A stretch of DNA of 63,874 bases, the filler included, from Sphacelaria rigidula (taxonomy: Eukaryota): the NCBI GenBank assembly GCA_964200075.2. It is 9 parts of 9 records of this genome, joined end to end, with 100 filler letters (N's around TTAATTAATTAA, not from the genome) between each part and the next. Parts side by side here need not be neighbours in the genome. Positions count along the whole stretch, not along the records: positions 21,327 to 28,334 come from CAXNAA020016978.1; positions 28,435 to 35,442 come from CAXNAA020016979.1; positions 35,543 to 42,550 come from CAXNAA020016980.1; 6 more parts are not named here. One strand, written 5' to 3'. The notes under the pieces are model-generated. The model saw only the letters and a program-made list of their open reading frames with translations, ran no database searches and was not told the origin of the DNA. Shown here one piece after another: positions 26,401-36,019 of the stretch. Position numbers and translations under genes: made by a program. How positions within the stretch are numbered: the first letter of the stretch is position 1; each line of letters starts with the position of its first letter.

Positions 26401-28251
26401 ATTGGACTCTTCGTGTCCGTGCCCTTCAGACCGGTAGACAGAAGTCGTAGGATTTTAGTGGCCAGAGTTCTCTCAAGCGTACGACACTTTCTACGATACC
26501 CCCCCTAAAACACAGAACAAAAAAGTGGCTGATTTGGGGAGGCAAAATCTCAACATAAATCGAAATGAAAAAAGCCAAGCACAACGAGTAGCTGGGGAAT
26601 TCACACGCTTCGGTTCGTTTCTGCCAACATCGCCCGCATGAAGCGCTTCATGCAGCCTGAAACCAAACATCAGGCGCTGTATGACCGTTTTGTTCGGGAC
26701 ATTTTTGGGCTCTTTTTTTGGGGGGGGGGCTGTCGTCGAAAGACTCTCACACACTTGCGACACTTTTTTCGTTCCCCATACTTTTTCACGATGCCAACTA
26801 CGAAACACCCACGACCGAGCCATTCATTTCATGAGTATGCTTCACACTGTGAAAGGTCGGCGTCACCAAGTTTTCCGGCACAGCGATACTCGCAGGTAGT
26901 GGGAGAACTATGTCGAAGATGCAACGTCGGCAGTCGCTGTCACCTTCCCTTCGCCATACAGATCCCCAACTCATTAGTACAGAGTAGTTTTCATGCATCG
27001 ATGTATAGACGGCGTCGATGTCATCACTGGTTTTATTGCGTGTTAACGACATCGACAAATCAAGCGTGCATTATGAGTCTTGTGGACATTTTGGGTGACA
27101 AAAGCGCACTCGAGCATGGCAAGCACGCAAATGGCAAGGTGAGCGGGCAACCGAGAATACGCCAGATGAGATGAACAGTTCTCCTTGCTCTGACGGGGTA
27201 CAGATAGGCCGTGCATTTCCCTGTGACACGAACCTCCTCGAATTCCGTTTGCAGCTGATCGCGGGTTGTCTTCAGTCCCAACGAAGCCGCCACAGTCGTA
27301 AACTGCTCAAACGAAGACAACCCAACAAGAGCAGTCGCAGCATGATATTAGGTTGTTGTATTTTTGAGGGGGCGAAATAAGTTTTCACGGATTCCAAAGC
27401 AACCCGAGAAGCAAGAGTACGCTTCACAGCTTGAAACGGCGGTACCCTTTTGAGGCAAGTAGGTCCATCCGTCGGGAGCTGTGGCTCCACTGCGTTTCCA
27501 TCATCATCCTCTTCCAACCCTCCATCCACCGCAAGCAGAAACGCTCCCCTGAAAACAGGATTTGGAAAACCCAAGAGGCGAAAAATATTTTGCAAGACGA
27601 TTAGAGTATGGGAAGATACATACGCAGATGGATTGGGCTCTATCGGGTACATGGTGGGACCGTACTAAGGTTCGGAAAAACCTTTGATCGGGCATTTCTC
27701 ACCCGAGGCTCTCAATAGATAGCGTACACGTTGTTCGTGGCTTGGGTAGTTCAAACTTCGCGTGCAATATTGCCAGGTCGAAGCATCCCGAAGTTCGCCA
27801 TGTCGCAGGTGGTTTCGATGATCACCACAATAGTGATGAATCGTATAGGACAAGCCCATGATCAACCGCGTAGAACATCCTGTGGCGGCCCTCTAGATGA
27901 ATGAGGGCTACACAAAACACTCTGGTGGACATATATTTCTTTGGAATTGGGAAAAACCTCCGCGAGTACGTTGTTGTTTATCAACTCTTAGAAGAGTAGC
28001 ATTTACAAAGCACTTTGTGCCACAGTCCAAGTCATCATCCGGCACGATGAAGAAAGACTCAGCTCTGCTTTGCACTCACATATTTTCCAGCCCTCGTGGG
28101 GGAGCTGAAATCAGGGGAGACAAGCGACGTATATTTTCACTAAACTCGCAGCAGAAGTGGCACTTACAGTAGCCTCTGGTCGTCCTGCCTGCTCAGTGTC
28201 GATGTAGAACCTTCGTTGTCCGTTTTGCTGGTGATATTGGCGTGGTCGTAC
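23494..28251 (-). CDS. Divergent calmodulin-like EF-hand protein (3' part), with two apparent GC-AG introns
   Basis: In-frame exons: 28251-28189 (VRPRQYHQQNGQRRFYIDTEQ, GC donor), 27302-27234 (FTTVAASLGLKTTRDQLQTEFEE), 26103-26008 (VVRSNG...VVRGFTYK, GC donor), 25170-25080 (VFKRYYLAKIQGELLERDIQQAWDDLHHGT) and 23660-23494 (RPYINRAELQKILTQEGDILTDEEADEMLRECRPDAEGRVMYEGYRRMLIDPSL*). Collinear with the calmodulin helices (TVMRSLG..PTEAELQ; GEKLTDEEVDEMIRE...GQVNYEEF). Confidence 0.8.
24045..24462. mobile_element. hAT-type MITE rich in ACGT/CACGTG motifs
   Basis: TIRs cagggatatagacgttacac...gtgtaacgtgtatacccctg, with an 8-bp TSD gaacgttt/gaactttt (7/8). Confidence 0.85.
25704..25958 (+). mobile_element. 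MITE (GACACTTT.TACGACAGC TIR family)
   Basis: TIRs gacactttatacgacagc...gctgtcatagaaagtgtc. An inverted copy lies at 26481-26746, and related internal sequence occurs near 22510-22810 and 43330-43490. Confidence 0.75.
26481..26746 (-). mobile_element. MITE, inverted copy of 25704-25958
   Basis: Reverse-complement similarity over ~250 bp (e.g. tttcaggctgcatgaagcgc / gcgcttcatgcagcctgaaa). Confidence 0.75.
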
Positions 28252-28334
28252 CTGCGGTGTTGTGGAAGAAACACTTTTTCAGTACGACAGCGCTATGAAT
28301 ATGTGAACAGTGCGGCTCCTATCACTGAGTGATG

Positions 28335-28434
28335 NNNNNNNNNNNNNNNNNNNNNNNNNNNNNNNNNNNNNNNNNNNNTTAATTAATTAANNNNNNNNNN
28401 NNNNNNNNNNNNNNNNNNNNNNNNNNNNNNNNNN
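28335..28434. other. Artificial scaffold linker
   Basis: N-TTAATTAATTAA-N spacer. Confidence 0.98.
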
Positions 28435-28517
28435 TCCGTCTCGAAAGGGATGCGTGGTCAATGGTCAGACGACTAAGGCAAGCAACACATGAGAACGCGC
28501 CCCCCCCTCCCCTCCTC
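28435..28517 (+). mobile_element. LINE 3' end, family A (C-rich tail)
   Basis: tccgtctcgaaagggatgcgtggtcaatggtcagacgactaaggcaagcaacacatgagaacg followed by a C run. Located at the scaffold start. Confidence 0.8.
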
Positions 28518-28769
28518 GGTTGGGGGTGTTCCGAACGGGACACCTTTTTCATACTATTTCGACTTTTTTCAGTCTTGCCCGAAAAAAAATCCATTTTTTG
28601 GACACAGTCACGACAGCACTGATCAAGATTGGGCAACCGCCCTGTGTGTTCCCCGTGGTGCTTGTCAGTGGACGAGATCTGGGAGGTGCCTTGCCAGTGA
28701 CACTCTCACCCATGACCGAGAGCACAAAGCGCCGCGGGTCTGCTGTAATCACCCCCTCAAGCGGGTTAA

Positions 28770-28870
28770 CTCTTAGACCGCGATGCGGATAGTCCATCTG
28801 GATCACACATACTTTCTTCAAGTGAAATTGATGCCGATTCAACAGGTGATCTACCCTCGCGGTCCAAGGG
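28770..28870. mobile_element. piggyBac-type MITE (TTAA TSD)
   Basis: TTAA-ctcttagaccgcga...tcgcggtccaaggg-TTAA. Homologous to 32611-32715 and ~56998-57105. Confidence 0.8.
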
Positions 28871-28986
28871 TTAAGGAGGGAATACGAGATTCTGTACGCA
28901 TACGGTAAATACCAGCCATAACACAACATTATTTTGTCCGTTACGGGAGCGGTAACGGCGACTGTTGTTGTAGTTGCGGTCGTGAC

Positions 28987-29082
28987 CTCGGGAATTGCTC
29001 GCAGCAGTCGTTTTAAAGTCGCATGTCTCAAAAAGCGCGTTGTGTGTCCAAGGCCAAGTGCTGCTGTGGGGATACACTGCCC
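28987..29082 (-). CDS. Isolated candidate exon of an unknown gene
   Basis: 96-nt phase-0 segment between tacag and gtcacg (GQCIPTAALGLGHTTRFLRHATLKRLLRAIPE). No partner exons were identified. Confidence 0.3.
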
Positions 29083-29887
29083 CTGTACGCACGCGTGTGT
29101 GTGAAAGCGAAGGGTACGTGGACAGTCAGTGCTTCGGCCGCGTATAACGGCTGTTGGACGGATTCGCGCGTCTGCCGGGATCCTGGACTGTGTGGTTTCA
29201 TTTGCCGTGATGTTCTGACGGTTTTACTGTCGAGAGTGTCCAAGGTAATTGTGCTGCTTGACGAGCCTTGTCGTTGCCCGATATTATTATTTTCATCATC
29301 ATATCCGTCACATTAGCTCGATCTCTCGAACCCGTGGCCACAGAGTGCAAGGAGCATACCACCTATACCCGTAACTTAGACAGCCTGCAGAGGAAGGCGA
29401 GAAAAAAAGCATACACACGAAAAAAGGCGCCTGCACTACGAAAGACCCGTATAATACCGATTGAACTACAGGAGACCTACGAGAATCCAAAGAGTTCCAG
29501 CGTGTGACCTCTCCGACTACCTTGCCATATACTGGTGTCTACACAGTAGTGAGAGCGAGTAAGCCGGTGATCGAAACTGTCGCATAGAACAGAGACCAAC
29601 GCCAAAATAGATCTACTGTCCAGAGTGCTGTTAAAAGGGGTCCTCTACAGAGCCTGCGCGCCGGAGACTGAACAACGTCAGATAGGAAGATCCAAAAAGA
29701 ACAAAAGAACAAAAAGGACGAGGGGATAACCACGTCAAGGGAAAGCGAGGAACTGCGATCTCCCTTCGGTTTTCGTCAAGTAGCAAACACAACAGACAGG
29801 GCGTGGCTAGCCTGAACACGACATAGCGTTGTCAGCGGAAAACACAGTCTGTTCAGAGTATCCTATATTCAGAAGTAAATTTATGAA

Positions 29888-30005
29888 GGTTACGTTATGT
29901 AGGGTGCGGCTTTCTGTATACCCGGGGTTATTCCCGGGTATTTACCGTACCAGACAGTTCTGTACTTCTGTCAGACTTTCATACCGGTACCTAACAGTTC
30001 TGTAG
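29888..30005 (+). mobile_element. Truncated end of the GGTACC-rich hAT-type element
   Basis: Near copy of 34743-34865 (gttatgtaggg...tatacccggggt..ttcccgggtatttaccgt...agactttcataccggtacc). Confidence 0.7.
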
Positions 30006-30081
30006 TATCACTTAACTCATTTATCTTTTTCGCCGTTGAAGAGCCTTGGATGCAGGTGCACTTTTTTTACGTGGTTTTCGA

Positions 30082-31128
30082 CAAGGGTAGGTCGAGTAGA
30101 GTATACTCAATACTCAATAGTTTGAAGAGTCATACTTTTAGTACTCGAAGTTTGAGTAGAGTATTTGAGACCGTACTCAACGTACTCAAAATTTGAGTAG
30201 AGTATTGAGGTCATACTCAAGCAATACTCTATACTCAAGTATTACTGAGAGTGCTTACTCAATATTTGAGTAGAGTATTTGAGGCCGTACTCGATCTACT
30301 CAAAATTTGAGTAGGGTATTTGAGGCCGAACTCGATCTACTCAACACTTGAGTAGAATATCGGAGGCCCGGTCCGATGTACCAAAACCTATAACTTTAAC
30401 GTCTTCCTTCCTCTAGCGACTGTTGCGATGTTTTCCCGGCTTGCACTATTTCCACCGCTGACTCTCCCATGGAGGAGTCACATCTGTGGCCAGCAGAGTC
30501 GCTCATTTTGATAATACCTACTCGACTACTCGTCTATCCGATTACTTCATAATGTGAGTAGCGCTCTATACTGAAAGTAATTACGAAGGCGTTGCGAGGT
30601 ATCGAGTATGAACTGCCGTGGGTGGGGGCTGGTGAGATGGGGCGCTGGGGCAGGTAGGTTCATTTCACCTGCACGCTTTTTATTTTTTATGGCCATCGTT
30701 TGCCCATGCATTCACCATAGTCTTGAACGTGACGTCACGAAGTCGCCTACGGTCAGGGGTACTCACCATACCCAAGGGGTAATCTATACTCAAGTATTAC
30801 TGGGAGTGGTTACTCAAGTTTTGAGTAGAGTATTTGAGGTCGTACTGAACGTACTCAAGTTTTGAGTAGAGTATTGAGGTCATACTCAAGTGATACTCTT
30901 TACTCGAGTATTGCTGAGAGTGCTTACTCGATATTTGAGTAGAGTATTTGAGGTCGTACTCGACGTACTCAAAATTTGAGTGGAGTATTGGAGGCCGTAC
31001 TCGACGTACTCAAAATTTGAGTAGAGTACTTGAGGCCGTACTCGACCTACTCAAACGTTGAGTAGAGTAAATACTCGAGTATATTACTCGAGTACTCAAA
31101 AAGACATCCTCTACTCGACCTACCCTTG
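30082..31128. mobile_element. hAT-type non-autonomous element with internal ~41-bp TACTC/GAGTA repeats
   Basis: Perfect 20-bp TIR caagggtaggtcgagtagag...ctctactcgacctacccttg, with flanks gttttcga/gtttcaga (6/8). Contains two blocks of tttgagtagagtatttgagg.cgtactc repeats. Confidence 0.85.
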
Positions 31129-31130
31129 GT

Positions 31131-31545
31131 TTCAGAGTACGGCTAAACGGGGTCATCCCGTCGTTCCCACAGGCTCTGAGAAGCCAGCATTTGCTCACAC
31201 TTGACTTTAGAGTACGGCGACACGGTGTCATTCGCTCGTTCTCAGAAGCTCAGAGAGGCGAGCATTTGCTCCTACTTGATTTTAGAGTACAGCGAACGGG
31301 GTCATTTCGTTCTCTCAAGCTCTGACGAAGCAGCATTGCATGATTCCCCTTCAGGAGGTTTCGGGAGCATCGCTTCCACGGCTGTGCTCTGCATAGTGTT
31401 TTCCGCCTTCTTTCCTCGCCATGGCGGTAGACCCTTCGTGCGTCCATGTCACACCGCACACAGGACTGTCAGAATCGTTCCCAGAGGCTCTGAGACAGGT
31501 GCACTTTTGCACTTGCTTTCAGAATACGGCGAAACGGGGTCTCTT
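31131..31545 (+). repeat. Degenerate ~75-bp tandem repeat
   Basis: Unit agagtacggc.aaacggggtcat...gctctgaga.gc.agcatttgctc..acttga, present about three times in tandem plus one separated copy near 31475-31545. Confidence 0.65.
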
Positions 31546-31807
31546 TGTGACCCTTTGACCGTCGGAGATGCAACCTCTTACCGTATAAAGGTCACTTGAA
31601 AATTGAATCGCGGGACGACTCTCCATCTAATTTCGGCGCAAACCGGAAGCATGTTGTGATCTTGCCCGCATGTCGAATCTTCTCGACTGTACTTCCCATT
31701 TCCCGTCTCTGGACTGCTGTTGTTGTTGCTGCTGCTTCTGCTCTGCCATACATGCGTTTTTTCGTCATGAGGTGCCGGCTTCTATTTTTCATATTTTAGT
31801 CGGCAGA

Positions 31808-32385
31808 CGGTCGCTCTGGTGGCTCAGTTGGTAACCCCCAAACCTTATGGCGGTTGGGTCGTCGGTTCGAACCTAAGTGGAGTCACACGATCTGGAATTT
31901 TATCTCACACCATGTTCAACAGTGGACGGCGACTACAATGTTTTCGTGAGATTGAGAGTAGAGCGCTGATTGAGAGTGGCTTTGACTATTCGCTTCAACG
32001 AAGCCAGTTCTTCATTCCGTGCCTGCTTTTGTTCGCCTCCGGCACTGACGTGTGCATACAGCTACACGTCGATATCTTGCTCAGGGGTATCAAGGGTCTC
32101 AGTAACAAGCTCCTACAGTACAGAGAGCATCTTGAGCCTCGTGGAGGGGCATTCCGGAACTGAAACGATTCATTGACTAATTGGCCGCTTTTCACTCTCA
32201 ATCGTACCTTTATTCTCAATCTCACGAAAACATTGTTTACAGTTTGTCATGAGTAGACAGAATTCGGTTTCACGGTCGAAGAGCGAAAGGGACCGCTGAA
32301 CCCCTCTCGCGATGAAAAAGTAAGGCGACCACCACAGAATTTCCTGTGTTGACCTCCCTTCTGTGTTACACGTGAGGCACACCCC
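31808..32385 (+). mobile_element. tRNA-derived SINE, interrupted by a MITE
   Basis: Pol III A box (tggctcagttgg) and B box (ggttcgaacc). The body resumes after 32236 (gctgaacccctctcgcgatgaaaaa) and is collinear with the intact copy at 59362-59702. The 3' boundary is approximate. Confidence 0.8.
31935..32236. mobile_element. MITE nested in the SINE
   Basis: ~45-bp imperfect TIR acaatgttttcgtgagattgaga...tctcaatctcacgaaaacattgt. Absent from the 59362-59702 SINE copy. Confidence 0.85.
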
Positions 32386-32446
32386 TACTGTATCAGCATG
32401 AATATCGCATCATGGTCTCGGCTTCACTTGATTTGTACTGCTTGAA

Positions 32447-32715
32447 CCCTTTTGGGACCGGAATCCTAGAAACATGTGGTTTGCACGCAGGGGCGTTTCC
32501 ATGAATCGGTAATATTTTTAGTTGGAAACGATAAAAAATCATGTCGATTCATACAAAGGCCCCTGCGTGCTCATCACATGTTTCTGGGGATCCCGTCACA
32601 AAAGGGTTAATCCTTTGACCGGTAGGGTAGGGCATCTGGACCACGCTGTAATCTGTGAAGTCCAAGCAACTGATGCCGATTTAACAACAGATAGCCTATC
32701 ATGGCGGTCAAAAGG
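32447..32715. mobile_element. Two piggyBac-type MITEs in tandem sharing a TTAA
   Basis: Structure: tgaa-[ccctttt gggaccggaatcctagaaacatgtg...cacatgtttctggggatcccgtcacaaaaggg, 32447-32606]-TTAA-[tcctttgaccg...cggtcaaaagg, 32611-32715]-tcaa. Confidence 0.75.
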
Positions 32716-34742
32716 TCAAATTCGTTGCCACTCTATGGGTTCTTGGTTTGCGGGGGCGTTCAGTTCCTGAGGTTCACTTTTGATTGTGATGCGTTGTGTT
32801 GAGTCTTCGTACATACTCATCATCCATGTTGCTCTTCGGGCTGAAAACGAAACGAACAAAAAGATTTTTTGAAAATCGAACCGGCATCATGCTCATGAAA
32901 CACTCAGAAGACACGACAATTTTTTCCCACCGCTTTCCATCAACCATTTGACGGCGAAAATTAGGCAATATGTTGACGTGGCATCAATTTCACTCGATAA
33001 AAGTGTCCATGATCCAGATTTGCTACCGTGCTCAGCCCATGAGCTTACACAACGCACACAGCCATCACCGGTGCTTATGTACCTTGGCTGTCGATCCACT
33101 GATCGTGGCGGCGAAGCCGGATAAACGCCACGTTGCGGTTGTCGTGTGCTCAGCTGTCCTGCTATTTTTGGAGTCTGTTTGGTACAATGGGTCATGTTTG
33201 TGATGTTGAATCCGGGGTTGTCCGTGTTTCGGGAGATATCGGTCGCTACTGTTGGTCAAGTGTTCTTCGCTCTATATGGACGACTTTCGCACGATGGGAT
33301 AGTCTGTCACGTTGAATCCGTGGTCGTCGTTTACCGTGTTTTGGGGGGTATCGGTCGCTACTGTTGGTCGATTGTTGTCTTACTTCTTCCATTTCTCTTA
33401 TATATCCACTACACTGCGAGTATTGCCTGCTTCGTTGTTGCCCACAAAGAATGAATATTTTATGCCTTTTCAGTTGCTGTTTCTGAACCCTGTTCCGTAC
33501 GATGGGCATTTCTGCGGTGCAATAGTACTGGACTCATGGTTGCGAGCAATCGTGTGTGTCCGTCGCAAGTTTGTGTCCACGGGTATCGGGTTCCTATTCG
33601 TTACTGTAGGTGGAAAACGTAAATGAGTGTCTTCGTATCTGTTCCTCGACGGTGGAGGTAGTCTTTCGCCCGTTCTACCGTATCGGTACAATCGTCAAAA
33701 CATCATTAAGCCTCTTGTTCATACCCTGCCCCCGGGACACGGGTCTCCGTAATATGCACACAGCGCAATATCCTGCACTCGAAGCTATGATCTGTTCCAT
33801 CACCTAATGCGAGCAACGATGACCGGTCCTCATGTACCTTGGCTATCGATCTCATTGAGCGTGGCGTTCCCGTTGTATTTGTAATCCTTTCATACCCTTC
33901 CCCGATACTTCTGTGAGTTCTTGAAGCCCCCAGTACCGTTACCGGGGGACACGGGAACGCTCTTGACAAGAAACCCGGTTGCGGGTCCGGTTTTCTGTAA
34001 GCCTCCCGTACCGTACCCGACAGCTTCCATGAGTTCTGCAAGCCTTTTATGCTCTTACCCGACAGTTCTGTGAGTTCTGTAATCCTCTCATCTCCGTACC
34101 TGCTGTTAGGGTATATCGTTGTAGATACACCCGATTGCAGGTACGAACACAGGTATACCTTTGGGAGGTATGGATTGAGGTTCAATCCAAGCACAACCTC
34201 ATGACCTGAACATGTGTACCTCCCATCGATCATCTCACAATACTCCTTTGTGCAACACTGCATACTAACACAAAATCAGGTTGGAAAGTTCTTTAATTTC
34301 GAATATGACGGGATACGAGGTACTGCTAAGTGGGGACACGAAAGATGAGTAGCACTGCTGCAGGTCGTCAGGATGGATCACCCCCAGACTCGAGTGGTGG
34401 CTCGAGCGGGGACAGTTCACCTGCGCCACCAGGGGATCAAGTAACAAGACGCACGTCATCGACGTCAACGTTTCTGTCGTGGTAATCGAACCCCAGGCCG
34501 TTATCGACATGCACAGCAAAGAGTATGAGCTGCCACCAGAGGTCAAGGCTGTCGACGATTTTGTCGCGCCGAAGGATTTCCAAAGAGCGAGCAGCCGTGA
34601 ATACTCCTCTATGTACTCTTTGAGAGTGTACGTGTGGTCTTTCTCTATCAACCACGTGAAGCCGTTCGGAGTTTCCCTGAGCCGTAATCTGTAGTTCGCC
34701 ATTGTAGTGACGCAGGTTCCGCCACAGGGGCGACGATAGCAT

Positions 34743-35319
34743 CAGGGTCGTGTTATGTAGGGTATGGTTTTCGGTATACCCGGGGTATTTTCCCGGGTAT
34801 TTACCGTGCCCTACAGTTGTGTGACTTCTGTAAGACTTTCATACCGGTACCCGACAGTTCTGTGTTGTCTGTAATACTGTCATACCTGTATCCGATAGTT
34901 CTGTGACTTCTGAAAGCCTTCCGTACCTTTACCGAGGGGCACGGTTACGCTCTTGACGAGATACCCGGTTGCTGGTACGGTTTTCTGTGCAACCCCCATA
35001 CCCTATCCGGCAGTTTCTGTGAGTTCCGAAAGCCTCCCACACCTCTTCCCGGCAGGTCTGTTAGTTCTGTACATAATGTTTACCCGTACCCGGAGCGCGG
35101 GTATGCTCTTGAAAAATACCCGATTGCCGCTACGGTTTTTCTGTAGACTACCATACCCTACCCGACAAGTTGCGCAATTTCTGTAAGACTTTCAAACCGG
35201 TACCCGACTGTTTCGCAATTTTTGGAAGACTTTCATACCGGTACGTGATATTAATGGAAGTTCTGTACGGAATCTCATACCCTACAGGACATACCCGTAC
35301 CCTGAAGAACACAACCTTG
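34743..35319. mobile_element. hAT-type non-autonomous element (CAGGGTTGTG-like TIRs, GGTACC-rich interior)
   Basis: cagggtcgtgttatgtagggta...taccctgaagaacacaaccttg. Same termini as the 3833 and 19401 MITEs but a different interior. Fragments at 29888, ~33885-34085 and 63709-63874. No TSD is visible. Confidence 0.75.
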
Positions 35320-35363
35320 GAATATAGGATACCATCTCCATGTATTATTCACAACAATACGAC

Positions 35364-35417
<54 letters not shown>

Positions 35418-35442
35418 CTTCACATTAAAAAACGTTCCGATA
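35364..35442 (-). repeat. (GTT)n microsatellite forming the (CAA)n tail of a retroposon-like repeat
   Basis: About 17 GTT units adjoining gtcttcacattaaaaaacgttccgata, which is the reverse copy of 21341-21393. Confidence 0.7.
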
Positions 35443-35542
35443 NNNNNNNNNNNNNNNNNNNNNNNNNNNNNNNNNNNNNNNNNNNNTTAATTAATTAANN
35501 NNNNNNNNNNNNNNNNNNNNNNNNNNNNNNNNNNNNNNNNNN
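35443..35542. other. Artificial scaffold linker
   Basis: N-TTAATTAATTAA-N spacer. Confidence 0.98.
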
Positions 35543-36019
35543 CTTTTTCCTCCCGTTCGGGCAATCAGGCAGAACAAATCGTGAATTTGGTGATTCTGAG
35601 TCGTAATGATTTGTCCTAACTGTGAAACATTGTCCCGAATTTCGCCCCGCCGGGTTTCTAAATCGCCCCGTCTCACCTCAGTTTTGCGAGTTGGACTTCC
35701 GAAATTGGTACGAAGGAAGAATAGGGCATACTAAAACGCTGTCGTTCTGGACGCGCAGCTTTTTTTTGTTTTGTGAGTTGACGATATTTTCCTGATATCT
35801 GGATACTGATCATTGCTACCGACTTACGAGAAGAAAAAAAACTGCGCGTCCCGAGGGACAGCGTTTTAGCATGCCCTGTTCTTCCTCCATACCAAATTTC
35901 CAAGTCTAACTCGCAAAATTGAGGTGAGACGGAGCCTGCACACCACAAATTCGTGTCTTGGCCGGCCCAGCCTGTAGAGATAAAAAAAAAACTGTCCTTG
36001 GGATGCACATAAGAACAAA

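Noticed and set aside
30120-31100. CRISPR-like array of palindromic repeats
   Set aside because: The units are contiguous with no unique spacers and are enclosed by transposon TIRs. The context is eukaryotic with no cas genes.
31808-31885. tRNA gene
   Set aside because: It has A and B boxes but no proper anticodon or acceptor stems, and it continues into a body shared with the TSD-flanked SINE at 59362-59702.
33205-33380. ~60-bp direct repeat pair as LTRs of a mini-retroelement
   Set aside because: No PBS, polypurine tract or TSD is visible; more simply a local duplication.
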